DNA of 64,000 nucleotides from a virus (taxonomy: Duplodnaviria > Caudoviricetes), in the IMG/VR virus record IMGVR_UViG_3300021431_000003, positions 159,529 to 223,528 of that record. The stretch is one strand, 5' to 3'. A program made the translations under genes and the position numbers. The notes below the pieces were generated by a model. That model was not told the DNA's origin and ran no database searches. It saw nothing but the letters and a program-made list of their open reading frames with translations. This document shows positions 20,164-31,036 of this stretch, piece after piece; within the stretch, counting starts at the first letter, position 1, and each line of letters begins with the position of its first letter.

Positions 20164-20542
20164 GATTAACTTATTCAGGTCATTTAAGAAATGGCTTGAA
20201 TTTAAATATGCAGAACTTGAACAGAAACAATATGATATTGATACCCATCTAAATGTAACAGATGATATTGAAACTCGTTTAGATACAGTAATTGAGAGTT
20301 GTTTTCAAGAATACTCTTTAATGAATTTAATCTATAAGACAGATTGGTATATTAAGGAAGAAGAAGAGATTCAGATTAGTAAAGATATCTGTTCTCTTGT
20401 AAGTGAAAGAATATCTCCTGTAATGCTTAAACAATTATCATTGTATTATAAAGAAGAGGCTATTTATGATATCATTGCAAAGCGTGTATATTTCAAAGTA
20501 ACTAACTTTGTTATTGAGCATAATAAAAATAAACCTCTCTAA
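20084..20542 (+). CDS. Membrane-anchored hypothetical protein
   Basis: N-terminal hydrophobic helix LIIIGIILILVLVF; AAAGGA RBS; overlaps the upstream gene by 80 nt. Confidence 0.7.
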   Translation: MEVLSTQLNLQTLIIIGIILILVLVFEINLFRSFKKWLEFKYAELEQKQYDIDTHLNVTDDIETRLDTVIESCFQEYSLMNLIYKTDWYIKEEEEIQISKDICSLVSERISPVMLKQLSLYYKEEAIYDIIAKRVYFKVTNFVIEHNKNKPL

Positions 20543-20573
20543 GTATTAAAATACTATAGAAAGGAGGATATGG

Positions 20574-23500
20574 ATGAAATATAACTATGAATTCGATATG
20601 AAGTATACTGATAATCCATATATAGATATCATTGTACAGTGTGTTAAGATACTTGGCATGAATGCAGTTGTAAAAAATGAAAACCAAGCTCTTCATTATG
20701 AAGACGTACGTTCTGCAAAATATGCTACAGACTACATCACTTTCAAAGAAGGTGACTGGGATGAACAGAAAAAAGGTGCTTATTGGGAAGAGAAATACTT
20801 TGAGTGGAATAGTTATTACAGAATGCTATACGGATTACCACCAATGTATACTCTTAATGATGAAAAAGCATATCTTGATGCTACTGGATATGGTGACGAA
20901 ATATATGAAGACATCGGTAATGCTTGGGTAATTCCAGAACTTTATAAGAGATATTTTATAGATATGGGTCAGTATACACTTCCAGAAGAGATGTCTAATG
21001 TATTAGATTTGACTGGAAGATATCTACATGAACTTTCATTAGAAGAATTATCTATGATTGAATCATGTGGTATTATGAAACAAATTCTATCTGAGTATGG
21101 AGAAGATCCTCATTATCAATATATTTATCATCTAGGTGATAAGAGAATAGATTATTATACTGCTCGTAAAGCAGTAAACTTCTCTCTTTTATGGATTCCT
21201 TCATTAAATACATTTGATATCATAGAGAATAAGTTTAAGAGAGTATTTGATAGAAACCGTAGATATACTATGGCTACTGTATACTCTGAAGCTTATCGTT
21301 TTATGTCATATCATTATGATGCATTCATTGAGATTCTTATTATCATTCAAACAATGGTAGATATGATTTCTGAAGTACAGGAATACATCATTAACAAAGA
21401 TGTATTTGACTCTAGAACTATCAGATATCTATTTGAATCTTATGGTATTGCATATTATAAAGAGATTCCAGTAAAGTATCAGATTCGCATTATCAAGAAC
21501 GTTAATACTCTATTGAAGTATAAGTCTTCTCATAGAAACATTATTGATATTCTTGAACTGTTTGATGATGATACTATTACTATATACACATATTATCTTA
21601 TGAAGACTAAAAAGCTTCATAGAGATAACTTCTTCTTTTATACTGAAGATGACGTAAATCCTAAATATGGTACAGAAAGAGATTATTGGATTGGTCCTAA
21701 ATCTGATATATCTAATAACAAAGTACCACTAACAAACGTAAAGTATAATGTAGATGAACCAGAATTCATTCAACAATGCGTATATAACTACGAGTTGATT
21801 GATAAAGATGAAAAGGATGAAACTAAAAATCGTAAATTAACAGAAGAGCAAGTAGTAGCATCTATGATTGCTAGACCACTTACTTCTTTTACAGTATTAC
21901 AACCTGTCAATAGTTTCATTGATACTTTTATGCGAAATGAAACAGTTAACTGGTTCGATATAACAGAATATAATAGTGATACACAAGGTTCTGAATATCT
22001 AAGAAAGAGAAATGATTATCTTACTGGATTTGGAGAGGCTATTGCTGAACGAATCAAAAAGTATTTTGATAATCTATGTGTTGACGAAAATAACTTTGCT
22101 TTAAACTCTTATAATTATCGTAGAATTAAGTATGAGCTATACAGTATATTGGGTGTATTTGATGCTAATATACTTGCGAGCGAGAACTTTAATACTATGA
22201 CAGATGCTGAACTTGAACAGTATTTTTATCAAGCAGATACTTTAATTACTGATGCATATGCTACTAAGCATAATATATTAAAAAATTCTGGATATAATAC
22301 ATTAGAAGATTATAGAGAAAACAGTCCTGATAGATTTATACTGAATCATAGTATTCCTTATATGACATACTTTGATTATAAACTTGAAGATACTGAAATA
22401 TATGAGGATGTAGATAATCATATACAAGCATATGTATTCCAAAACAATAATAGCTTTACTATTATTCCTCAATTGTATCCTGACAACTATGATAAGTGGA
22501 CTAAATTATTTAGAGAAACTTATCTAATCGCTGTAAGAAGTTATATAGAGGGTATCTTTACAGATTATGAAATAGATGAAGTTAATAATCCTACACCACA
22601 ATATATTGGATGGATAGATTTAAACTATGTAGTATCGCAGTTAGGTAAAGGTATTAGTGAATTTGAGATTGGTGATAAGGTAACTACAATAGGTCATAAT
22701 AATATTCCTATCTATACATCTTCGTATATATACGAAATTATTACTAAAGACATGGTAGGACAAGAGTTCTATAGAAAGAACTATGACTTATGTTTTCTTA
22801 AAGTACCAATCTTAGACTCTAATGCGTATAAGATGCTAGAACGTTATGATATGCGTCGTAATTATGATATGATTACGTTAGCAGATCCGTTCTGGGACGG
22901 TGTATCTACGTTTGATATTCTTACAGAAGCTGAACGTGAAAAGCTTCATCAATCTAAGAAACAAGAAATTCTTAGTAAGGATTTCACTATTGAACGTACT
23001 AAATATATAGGTGTAGAAGCATCTATAGATTTGACTAAGATGTCATATCAGATATGCTACTTTATGAATATGCTATATGATAAATATAGAGACGAAGAAG
23101 CATTAATATTAGATGTAGATCAAGAGCTAGTATCTTCTGGTAGAGCAAGATTGAATGATATGCTTACTTTTGCTATAGCATTGAATTATCTATATCAAGG
23201 TGTAGAACCAGACAATATTGCATCTGATATGGAAAAGAATATGTATATCAATGGATTCAATTTTGATAATGACTGGAATGATATTTATAACTATCTTGAA
23301 AATCAACATCATATCTATAATAATTATTTGAATGACCCTATAAAAACATATACTTATAAAGATGAATTTGATGAAGAACATACTGTAGAAAATGGTTATG
23401 GTATTGACCCGCTACAACAGGGATGGAAAACTGAATTATATGAAAACTTTATCGTATATGACTTTGGTAAAGATATCAAAACATATTTAGGTCTTCCTAT

Positions 23501-25298
23501 ATATGATTCTACTACTGGTAAGCCTACTAATAAACGTTCACTAAAAAATAGTGATAATACACCTAATAATGTAAGAATTGGTGCATTTTTAAGTGGTCGT
23601 TATAAACAGTGTGCTGATGATTGTATTACAACAGCAAAGTTTGATTTAGACTTTGGTGCTTCTGATATATGGAATTACAATCTATGTAATGCTGTTAAAT
23701 ATGATTGGAGTACTGGAGAATTTTCTACATTTGATATATCTTGGAAACCTACTCAATATCCAAATGATGATAACAATTCTCATGGTTTATGGCTATCTAC
23801 AGATATTCTTAGAGTAATGAATGCAAATGTATCTGATTTAGAAAGATTTGAAATGCTAAAGAAGATATATTATTCTAATACTAATCTATATGACCATCTG
23901 ACTTATATGATGAGAACAGCACAATCTAAACGTATGTATGATATTTATAAAGTAGTATATGATTCATATATGGAAACTAAGATGAATCATGACTTCTATA
24001 AACTCATAAATACTAACGGTTCTGCTATATATACAGATAATAATAACGAGAATTCTACTTACTATATCATAGATAGAACCTATTATATTAAAGATAATGA
24101 AGGTTTTCCTGTATATGAATTAGTAGATAGTATTACTGGTGATACAAAGAAATATTACTTCTCTCATAATGCAGACTTTACTAACTGTAGTTATATAAGC
24201 GAAGATGGTACTGATATAGTAGAGTGTAAGTATATTAAATCTAAGCTTATAAGAGAAAATAAAAAAGAATACTATGTATCTAATGACTTACCAGAAGAAT
24301 TCCCACGTGGATTCATGTTCCCTGATAATATATATGAAGAACAAGATAAGAACTTTGTAATGGCTGAGCAGCATTATTATATGCTACAGAATATTAAGAA
24401 TCCTAGAATTCTTATTCCTATTACAATTGATCCAAAATCTAATCCTATTAAGATGATTGATGTAATTGAAGGGGATACAACATTTGTAGAAAATGGTGTA
24501 GAAGGTAATATAAATGTTACTAAGAACGAAGACGGTTCTGTAACTGTTATTATTACACATCCAGATTACATTGAGCCAATTGAACTTACTGTAAATATTG
24601 AATGGAAGATTGCATCTGATTATTATGAGTATATGCAGTATAGAAATATAGAGTTATATAATCATCTTATTGATATCAAGTATAACTATAATAATGTATA
24701 TGACCCAGTGAAACAAGCCTATGTGCCTAGTGATGAGAAACGTCAAAGAATTGAAGCTCTATGTGAAATGATTGTAATGGCACTGGAAAAATACTTTGAT
24801 AGAAATGAGTGGAGATATATCTTTAATCTTATTCCTACTGCTAACATTCAAAACATCCAGAACTATATTATGAAGATGGTAATCTTCTTCAAATCTTGGA
24901 AAACACAGATTCTTGATACTGCAGTTACTTATGTATTAGATGATCCTTATAATAACCATGTACAGATTCTAGATGATATGTATTACAATACTACATTTGA
25001 TAATTTGTTAGAAAAGGTTAGACCTAAGGAATATAAATACTTCCATAATTATACTGAATACAGAGACTCAATTAAAATTGGAGAGAAGGTTGACTTTGAA
25101 GTCGTAAACTTTGAACCATACTGGGCTACATTTGGATTCGGTGAGAAGATTTATGGTCATAGATTTGATTATCCAGTCTTTAACTCTAATCTTAACTACA
25201 GAGATGCAATTGGAGTTAGTGAAAAGATTGAAATTAATACAGTCGAGTATACTGGTGAAGTCACTCAAGATTCTAACGGAAACTATTTATTCCCATAA
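20574..25298 (+). CDS. Large baseplate wedge-like structural protein
   Basis: 1574 aa; LFESYGIAYY...IIKNVNTLLKYKSS...IIDIL resembles P2 gpI/T4 gp7-type baseplate motif. Confidence 0.55.
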   Translation: MKYNYEFDMKYTDNPYIDIIVQCVKILGMNAVVKNENQALHYEDVRSAKYATDYITFKEGDWDEQKKGAYWEEKYFEWNSYYRMLYGLPPMYTLNDEKAYLDATGYGDEIYEDIGNAWVIPELYKRYFIDMGQYTLPEEMSNVLDLTGRYLHELSLEELSMIESCGIMKQILSEYGEDPHYQYIYHLGDKRIDYYTARKAVNFSLLWIPSLNTFDIIENKFKRVFDRNRRYTMATVYSEAYRFMSYHYDAFIEILIIIQTMVDMISEVQEYIINKDVFDSRTIRYLFESYGIAYYKEIPVKYQIRIIKNVNTLLKYKSSHRNIIDILELFDDDTITIYTYYLMKTKKLHRDNFFFYTEDDVNPKYGTERDYWIGPKSDISNNKVPLTNVKYNVDEPEFIQQCVYNYELIDKDEKDETKNRKLTEEQVVASMIARPLTSFTVLQPVNSFIDTFMRNETVNWFDITEYNSDTQGSEYLRKRNDYLTGFGEAIAERIKKYFDNLCVDENNFALNSYNYRRIKYELYSILGVFDANILASENFNTMTDAELEQYFYQADTLITDAYATKHNILKNSGYNTLEDYRENSPDRFILNHSIPYMTYFDYKLEDTEIYEDVDNHIQAYVFQNNNSFTIIPQLYPDNYDKWTKLFRETYLIAVRSYIEGIFTDYEIDEVNNPTPQYIGWIDLNYVVSQLGKGISEFEIGDKVTTIGHNNIPIYTSSYIYEIITKDMVGQEFYRKNYDLCFLKVPILDSNAYKMLERYDMRRNYDMITLADPFWDGVSTFDILTEAEREKLHQSKKQEILSKDFTIERTKYIGVEASIDLTKMSYQICYFMNMLYDKYRDEEALILDVDQELVSSGRARLNDMLTFAIALNYLYQGVEPDNIASDMEKNMYINGFNFDNDWNDIYNYLENQHHIYNNYLNDPIKTYTYKDEFDEEHTVENGYGIDPLQQGWKTELYENFIVYDFGKDIKTYLGLPIYDSTTGKPTNKRSLKNSDNTPNNVRIGAFLSGRYKQCADDCITTAKFDLDFGASDIWNYNLCNAVKYDWSTGEFSTFDISWKPTQYPNDDNNSHGLWLSTDILRVMNANVSDLERFEMLKKIYYSNTNLYDHLTYMMRTAQSKRMYDIYKVVYDSYMETKMNHDFYKLINTNGSAIYTDNNNENSTYYIIDRTYYIKDNEGFPVYELVDSITGDTKKYYFSHNADFTNCSYISEDGTDIVECKYIKSKLIRENKKEYYVSNDLPEEFPRGFMFPDNIYEEQDKNFVMAEQHYYMLQNIKNPRILIPITIDPKSNPIKMIDVIEGDTTFVENGVEGNINVTKNEDGSVTVIITHPDYIEPIELTVNIEWKIASDYYEYMQYRNIELYNHLIDIKYNYNNVYDPVKQAYVPSDEKRQRIEALCEMIVMALEKYFDRNEWRYIFNLIPTANIQNIQNYIMKMVIFFKSWKTQILDTAVTYVLDDPYNNHVQILDDMYYNTTFDNLLEKVRPKEYKYFHNYTEYRDSIKIGEKVDFEVVNFEPYWATFGFGEKIYGHRFDYPVFNSNLNYRDAIGVSEKIEINTVEYTGEVTQDSNGNYLFP

Positions 25299-25312
25299 TT
25301 AGGAGGTATACT

Positions 25313-26359
25313 ATGGATAATAAAAAATTAACTATCTTTGATAAAGGTAATGATATCAAAGAAACTGCTGGTGTAAAAGGAACCAGTATTATTCTTAAAG
25401 AGCTTGATAGCGGTAAGGTATTATTCAGAGGTAGCAATAAAGTAATTGTATCTGGTTCTGAATTCAATGCGATTAAGGACTTCGATTATGATAGCTTTAT
25501 GTGTGAAGCTGATAATGACTTCTTATCTAATATTCCAAGTTATGACCAGGCATTTGCTGCAGCTGATAAGCCATTTAGATTTGCAGCTGGCACTGATACT
25601 CCAATCGGTGTAGAGAATATTGCTGCAGCTGGTTCTAGTCTTGGTTTCTATACTGGTGCATCCAATAGCGTTCTTAGTAATGTAACTAGTGCACTTACTT
25701 TCTCCAACACAAAGCATCAACAGTTCTACCAGTATTTTACTCGTAGAGTTTGTCTCTGGTGTCTCGGTATTGATGGTTGTGGTGTAGAAGCCTCTAGAGT
25801 ATTCAAGGTTCATAATACTAAGTGGATTGCTCCGTATGGATACGCAGATTATAATGATGGTACAGGTGGTAATAATACCTATAGTCATATCGATAACTGC
25901 TTAATTCCATTTAAGTATAGAACTTCTGATGCAGACTTAGAGGATACTTATAGAGCTCAGTACTTTGGTCGTGCAGAAGTAGCAACCAATATAGTTGGAT
26001 ATTTCTTTAAGGCATTTGATGAGACACCTAAGCTTATTCGTCGTTATGCAGATGATAGTACATTCCTTTCTAATGTAGAAGATGTATGGGCTGATAAGCG
26101 TGCATCTGAAGCAGAAGTAGTTGTACAACTTAAGATGTCTGTATCTGCAACAGACTGCAGAGAATACTTCCAGAAAAGAACTGGTGTTAATGATTCTAAG
26201 GTTAATACTATTTCACTCTGTACTGCAGTTCCATATGTAAGAGATAATGATAAGATTGAATATCTTGATATTCGTCCTTTCACTAGATTCAACTTCCCTA
26301 ACGAAGCACTCATTGATACTAGCAAGGGTATTGATATCACATACTATCTTTATTATTAA
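25313..26359 (+). CDS. Probable baseplate/tail structural protein
   Basis: NKVIVSG near N-terminus and ...KGIDITYYLYY end, as in baseplate/tail-collar proteins; co-transcribed with 20574. Confidence 0.5.
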   Translation: MDNKKLTIFDKGNDIKETAGVKGTSIILKELDSGKVLFRGSNKVIVSGSEFNAIKDFDYDSFMCEADNDFLSNIPSYDQAFAAADKPFRFAAGTDTPIGVENIAAAGSSLGFYTGASNSVLSNVTSALTFSNTKHQQFYQYFTRRVCLWCLGIDGCGVEASRVFKVHNTKWIAPYGYADYNDGTGGNNTYSHIDNCLIPFKYRTSDADLEDTYRAQYFGRAEVATNIVGYFFKAFDETPKLIRRYADDSTFLSNVEDVWADKRASEAEVVVQLKMSVSATDCREYFQKRTGVNDSKVNTISLCTAVPYVRDNDKIEYLDIRPFTRFNFPNEALIDTSKGIDITYYLYY

Positions 26360-26410
26360 TACAAAAAAGAAGGCTGGATGTAAAGTCCAGTCTTCTTTTT
26401 GTTGTCAAGT

Positions 26411-26614
26411 TCAGCTTCTAGCTTCAGCCATCATAGTCAGCATCTTTTCCGTATTTTCTTTTACCATCGCTCTTTCTTCATTGAGCAGAGCAATGACTAG
26501 AGAAAAGTTTTTCTTATCCTGTGCATCTTTGAGTTTAGCTTTCAGTTCAGCATGTGCAATGTCGAACTGTTGCTGAATTTTTTCTAATGCTTGTTTCTGT
26601 TCTGCAATTGTCAT
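26411..26614 (-). CDS. Small coiled-coil hypothetical protein, early cassette 2
   Basis: GAGG RBS directly downstream of 26621-27010. Confidence 0.7.
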   Translation of the reverse strand: MTIAEQKQALEKIQQQFDIAHAELKAKLKDAQDKKNFSLVIALLNEERAMVKENTEKMLTMMAEARS

Positions 26615-26620
26615 AATTAT

Positions 26621-27010
26621 TTATCCTCTCATAATAGCTCTCTGGAATTCGCTAAATTCCGAGGGGTCTCTGACCTCGACCCCAAGCTTTTTACCGAACT
26701 TTTCAAGAGTTTCCATCAGGCTCTTTGCTCTAGCTGTGTAACCTCTTTTTTTGGTTTCATCACCGTCGGGAAGAAGGACGAACAGATTTGGGTCAGCGGC
26801 GCGAACAGGCACTAACTTAATAGCGTACGTCTTGTTTTCGAAGCCAGCTCTCAATACCTCAATTGTGTTGAGGAATTTAACAGTTTTGATGCTGTCTGCA
26901 GGCTTATCCGAATAATTGCCGTCATCAATGACTGCAAATTCACTGTCCATGATAATGTCATCTGCATCCTTTACCTTTAATACCGCTGCAATCTTAATAA
27001 CATACATCAT
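26621..27010 (-). CDS. Hypothetical protein, early cassette 2
   Basis: AGGAG RBS, higher GC, structured leader upstream. Confidence 0.8.
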   Translation of the reverse strand: MMYVIKIAAVLKVKDADDIIMDSEFAVIDDGNYSDKPADSIKTVKFLNTIEVLRAGFENKTYAIKLVPVRAADPNLFVLLPDGDETKKRGYTARAKSLMETLEKFGKKLGVEVRDPSEFSEFQRAIMRG

Positions 27011-27148
27011 AATTTTATCTCCTAGGACTGACCACTAAGTGGCGGGCTGACTAGGCCTCTTATCGATAGAATATATGAACGGAGCATAGACTTTTGTACA
27101 CACGCTCCAGTTAAATACGAATATCAGACAATTGTCTTCTATTCACTA
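27011..27148 (-). ncRNA. Structured 5' leader candidate
   Basis: ATAGAA/TTCTAT outer stem, GGAGCGT/ATGCTCC inner stem, CCTAG/CTAGG stem covering part of the RBS. Confidence 0.45.
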
Positions 27149-27150
27149 TT

Positions 27151-27183
27151 ATTATATACAAGTATCATAGTAAACTTTTACAA
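27151..27183 (-). promoter_or_regulatory. Bipartite early-type promoter TTGTAA-N21-TATAAT
   Basis: Matches three other cassettes in motif and spacing. Confidence 0.7.
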
Positions 27184-27230
27184 AAAAGAAACCCAGTGCA
27201 ATTAAGCACTGGATTTCTTTTGTTAAAATT

Positions 27231-27740
27231 TTAATCCTTATTAGGTATTTTACCTTTGAAACGCAACATATCTTTTGCAGCTTGTTCTCGTGCTTCATTT
27301 CTTATACAGTTCCCTTCAACTAGTACAAGTTTTTCCTGACAAAACTCTTTTAATTTTGAATACTCACTCTCCATTTCTTCTGTAATTCGTAATGTCTTAA
27401 CAGGAGATATATAATATCTGGTTCTTACAGCTCTATGAGTTTCTTTTTCAACTTCAATAGCATTCATTACACATTCTTTTAAATTACCAGAAAAATCATC
27501 TTTCTTAATTACAGCGACACAATCAAATCCTTCTGTAGATAATACTGGCATAAAGCTACGAATGGGACCATAATGATTATAACAAATATAATCTGCCCCT
27601 TCAGACTTTGCATACTTAATGATATTTATAATATTGTCATTAGTAGGAAAGAAGTAAATAACTCTTTCTTTCACTTCTTCTTTATCTTTATAAATGAGAA
27701 AGAACTTGACACAATCAGCATCAATTATTTCATGTAACAT
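27231..27740 (-). CDS. Hypothetical protein, tandem paralog A
   Basis: Highly similar to 27753-28232. Confidence 0.85.
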   Translation of the reverse strand: MLHEIIDADCVKFFLIYKDKEEVKERVIYFFPTNDNIINIIKYAKSEGADYICYNHYGPIRSFMPVLSTEGFDCVAVIKKDDFSGNLKECVMNAIEVEKETHRAVRTRYYISPVKTLRITEEMESEYSKLKEFCQEKLVLVEGNCIRNEAREQAAKDMLRFKGKIPNKD

Positions 27741-27752
27741 ATAAAATCCTCC

Positions 27753-28232
27753 TTAAGATAAATCCTCAAGATTGTTCTTGAGGTTTGTATCGTTTTCTTT
27801 AGCTATTTTGAGAGCTGTTCGACAAAGCTCTTTCATAGTTGAATTTCCACTGTATTCTGCAGTTTCTTCTAAAATTCGTATTGACTTTACAGGAGATAAA
27901 TAATATCTGAGTTTTAAAGCTCTATGAGTTTCTTTTTCAATCTCAATAGCATTCATTACACATTCTTTTAAATTACCAGAAAAATCATCTTTCTTAATTA
28001 CAGCAACACAATCAAATCCTTTTACGGACAATACTGGTATAAAGTCATATCCTAGACCATTGTATCTATAACAGATATAATCTGCTCCTTCTGTCTTAGC
28101 ATACTTAATGATATTTGAAATATTGTTATCATTAGGAAAGAAGTGAATAACTCTTTCCTTTACTTCTTCTTTGTCTTTATAAATGAGAAAGAACTTTTTA
28201 CAAGCAACATCAAATAATTCATGTAAAAGCAT
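27753..28232 (-). CDS. Hypothetical protein, tandem paralog B
   Basis: Same RBS context; 62-bp identical block with paralog A. Confidence 0.85.
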   Translation of the reverse strand: MLLHELFDVACKKFFLIYKDKEEVKERVIHFFPNDNNISNIIKYAKTEGADYICYRYNGLGYDFIPVLSVKGFDCVAVIKKDDFSGNLKECVMNAIEIEKETHRALKLRYYLSPVKSIRILEETAEYSGNSTMKELCRTALKIAKENDTNLKNNLEDLS

Positions 28233-28289
28233 ATAAAATCCTCCTTAAAATAAACCCTCAGGAACATAATTCCTGAGGGTTGTTATATC

Positions 28290-29885
28290 TTAATCTTCAC
28301 ATGCTTGACAAGCTTCAATCATAGCGTACTCTTCTTCTGTAATCTCATCGATACCAAGCTGAGTAAAGCTATTGATACAAATCATTGTATCTGTCTGTAA
28401 TGCCATGTTAGCATTAAACATACCATCATTATAACTGATTTGCATAGACAGTCTTGGATTAAACAGTCTTGCTGCATTAATCAAGAAGTCATCATTAATG
28501 ATGAGCATAATATTCAACGTATCTCCATCGAAGTCCGCACCCATCGATTTAAGAATCTCATGAGGTACACGACAGCTATAAGTGTCATCCTTAGTAACTC
28601 CAATAAGATGAAGCTGGATAATACTTGCAGGTGAGATACTAGGATTACGATTCAGAATGATTCCTACATACTGACTATCAATAATAGATTGAATCAGGTC
28701 AGCAATCATAGGATTATATTCAATTCTCGCTTCATCCCAGATACGATATGCTTCTGACGGACTATAGGTTTTTGTCAAGATATTGATGATTGTCAAACTC
28801 ATCAACTCAATCAAAGTAGAGTATGGAAGAATAATCTCATCAATTCTTAACTCTGGATCGGGAATGATTACATTACGAGCAGTAAAGTTATATCTACCAC
28901 CATTGAGTGAGCGGAAATAACCTTTCTTCTGTGCAATAATCTTTTCCAAATCAGCATAGATTTCCATAAAGTTCATCTGGATATCATAGATAAGCTGATT
29001 GGTAGGCTTCTTTCTACCACGAGAGTTAAACTCTGCTTTATTAAGCTTTGCTGCTGTACCTGCAATTACATTATACTTAGCATTATTACCCTCAAAGTTG
29101 AAGTGATTCTTCTTGATACTATAGGGTCTAAGCTGACTTGTATATACAGGTAGGCTATGTGTAAAGATGAGCTTTTTATGAGACATGATATCATCATAGA
29201 ACTCAAGCTTTGTAGGATTGTTCTTATGCTTATTTCTGAAGAATTCCATTACTTCATCAAAGCGAGCACGAAACTCTTCAAATCCTAACCCGATAAAAGG
29301 ATTATTCTTTAATGGGTCTTTCTTAATCTGAAATCCATCTTCGTCAATCTTATAATCAAGATTAATGATAGAATCCAGATTCTTCTTACCGATAAAACTA
29401 ATGAGCTTCTTAAACATATTTGGGTGAATAATAAAGTGAGGCTCATTAATCTTAATCCAACCAGTAATACTGAAGTCATTACTTACATACTTGACTTTAG
29501 TATGACAGATAGGACAAAGTAAACCATTGTTTACCTTCATTTGTGTCCTACCACATTCACACTTATAGACATCTCCAAAAGGTGTCATATCATCAATCTG
29601 TAGACCATATCTACTAGAGAAGATACTGTCCTGACTTCTGACATCTTTCTTAATATCCTGCTTCTTTGTGATTAAGAATCCAGTACCTTTAATTAAATCT
29701 TCCTCACATTCTTCATCAAGGTCGATTACCTCGATTCTAGATTCATAACGATACTTAGGACGTCCTTGTTCATCTAATGACTGATTATTAGGATAATTAC
29801 CTTTAACTTCAATCATATAGAAATTACTCAGACGTTCATACAGATAATCGTAATTCTCTGTATGAGTTACGGTTTGCTGTGACAT
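28290..29885 (-). CDS. rpoC: Multisubunit RNA polymerase beta'-like subunit, N-terminal/catalytic fragment
   Basis: Zn finger CECG...CPIC; KKGYFR...GGRYNFTARNVIIPDPEL; LNRNPSI; catalytic GADFDGD. Confidence 0.92.
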   Translation of the reverse strand: MSQQTVTHTENYDYLYERLSNFYMIEVKGNYPNNQSLDEQGRPKYRYESRIEVIDLDEECEEDLIKGTGFLITKKQDIKKDVRSQDSIFSSRYGLQIDDMTPFGDVYKCECGRTQMKVNNGLLCPICHTKVKYVSNDFSITGWIKINEPHFIIHPNMFKKLISFIGKKNLDSIINLDYKIDEDGFQIKKDPLKNNPFIGLGFEEFRARFDEVMEFFRNKHKNNPTKLEFYDDIMSHKKLIFTHSLPVYTSQLRPYSIKKNHFNFEGNNAKYNVIAGTAAKLNKAEFNSRGRKKPTNQLIYDIQMNFMEIYADLEKIIAQKKGYFRSLNGGRYNFTARNVIIPDPELRIDEIILPYSTLIELMSLTIINILTKTYSPSEAYRIWDEARIEYNPMIADLIQSIIDSQYVGIILNRNPSISPASIIQLHLIGVTKDDTYSCRVPHEILKSMGADFDGDTLNIMLIINDDFLINAARLFNPRLSMQISYNDGMFNANMALQTDTMICINSFTQLGIDEITEEEYAMIEACQACED

Positions 29886-29933
29886 ATCGGTTCCTCCTTA
29901 TACATTTATTAATGTTAAGTTATCGTCAATGTT

Positions 29934-30398
29934 TTACATAAAAATGTCACCTCCAATTAAGATACCATCTTTAAATTCATTAAAATACTTATATGTCTTC
30001 TTGATTGTCAAAGTATAACAATTGATTATAATCTCTGGATCTGATACAAAATACTTTGCATATTTGTCTAAGACACCACAACGACGAATAATACTTTCTA
30101 ACTTTGCTTTAGTAATATCCTCGTCAAATTCAATATCTTCTTTTGCTGTGATATCAAGTTCTGGAATTGTCTTATGGTCAGACAATATACCAGGATCTGT
30201 CTTAATAACAAAACTTACATCTTCATCAAAATCTTGTGTTATAGTAACACTAAGATTCTCTATCACTAGAACTTTACTTCTAATGATATTAGGGTCAGTT
30301 ACCTCTTTAGGAAAAGGTTTCTCTTTCATTGCATCTATGAGAGCCACATATTTAGGAGTGGGTTTCTCATCTGTATTATTAATAGCAACTACTTTCAT
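29934..30398 (-). CDS. Hypothetical protein
   Basis: Start at ATG 30398 after AAGGAGG; TATATTAT motif at 30452-30459 (-). Confidence 0.75.
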   Translation of the reverse strand: MKVVAINNTDEKPTPKYVALIDAMKEKPFPKEVTDPNIIRSKVLVIENLSVTITQDFDEDVSFVIKTDPGILSDHKTIPELDITAKEDIEFDEDITKAKLESIIRRCGVLDKYAKYFVSDPEIIINCYTLTIKKTYKYFNEFKDGILIGGDIFM

Positions 30399-30468
30399 AT
30401 ATAGATACCTCCTTAAACATATTATCATAGAGTTGCTCACTTGCCATTTTTATAATATACAGTTATCT

Positions 30469-30870
30469 TTACCAATGTATAAAGTTACAGAATTTCATCA
30501 AGTGAGTAACAATTTCAACAGACGAGTTAGCATCGTCTATAACTTTAGTATATATTGAATATCTTGTATTATTACATAGGATATAAAAATGTATTTTATA
30601 TATACACTTCCAACTAAATTTTCGTTTAGCTGTACATGATAAAGTAATTACACATCTTGGTATATCATCTTGTTCTGTGACAATATCATACAAATCTTCT
30701 TCTTGGTATATTTCTTTTAGACCAGTAAGGTCGTCATATATAATACCGTGAACTTTTCTCCAAAGTTTATCATAAACTTTATTATACTCATTTTCTACAT
30801 TATCCATACTAATATCAACAATCTTAAACCCAAGATTGTTTTTATCTTTTCTTGTTATTACTTTTAGCAT
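30469..30870 (-). CDS. Hypothetical protein
   Basis: AAGGAAGG RBS; TATATAAT motif at 30928-30935 (-). Confidence 0.7.
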   Translation of the reverse strand: MLKVITRKDKNNLGFKIVDISMDNVENEYNKVYDKLWRKVHGIIYDDLTGLKEIYQEEDLYDIVTEQDDIPRCVITLSCTAKRKFSWKCIYKIHFYILCNNTRYSIYTKVIDDANSSVEIVTHLMKFCNFIHW

Positions 30871-31036
30871 AGTAATTCCTTCCTTTCTTGACTTAAGTCA
30901 AATAAGATTTAGACTATGTCTATTTATATTATATATAATTTTCATCAAACTTACATTAATACGTAGCAAATATGTTCTCTCATTTTTACAACCTCAACAA
31001 TTTAGTAATATCATATATACATAAGGAGGTATTTAT

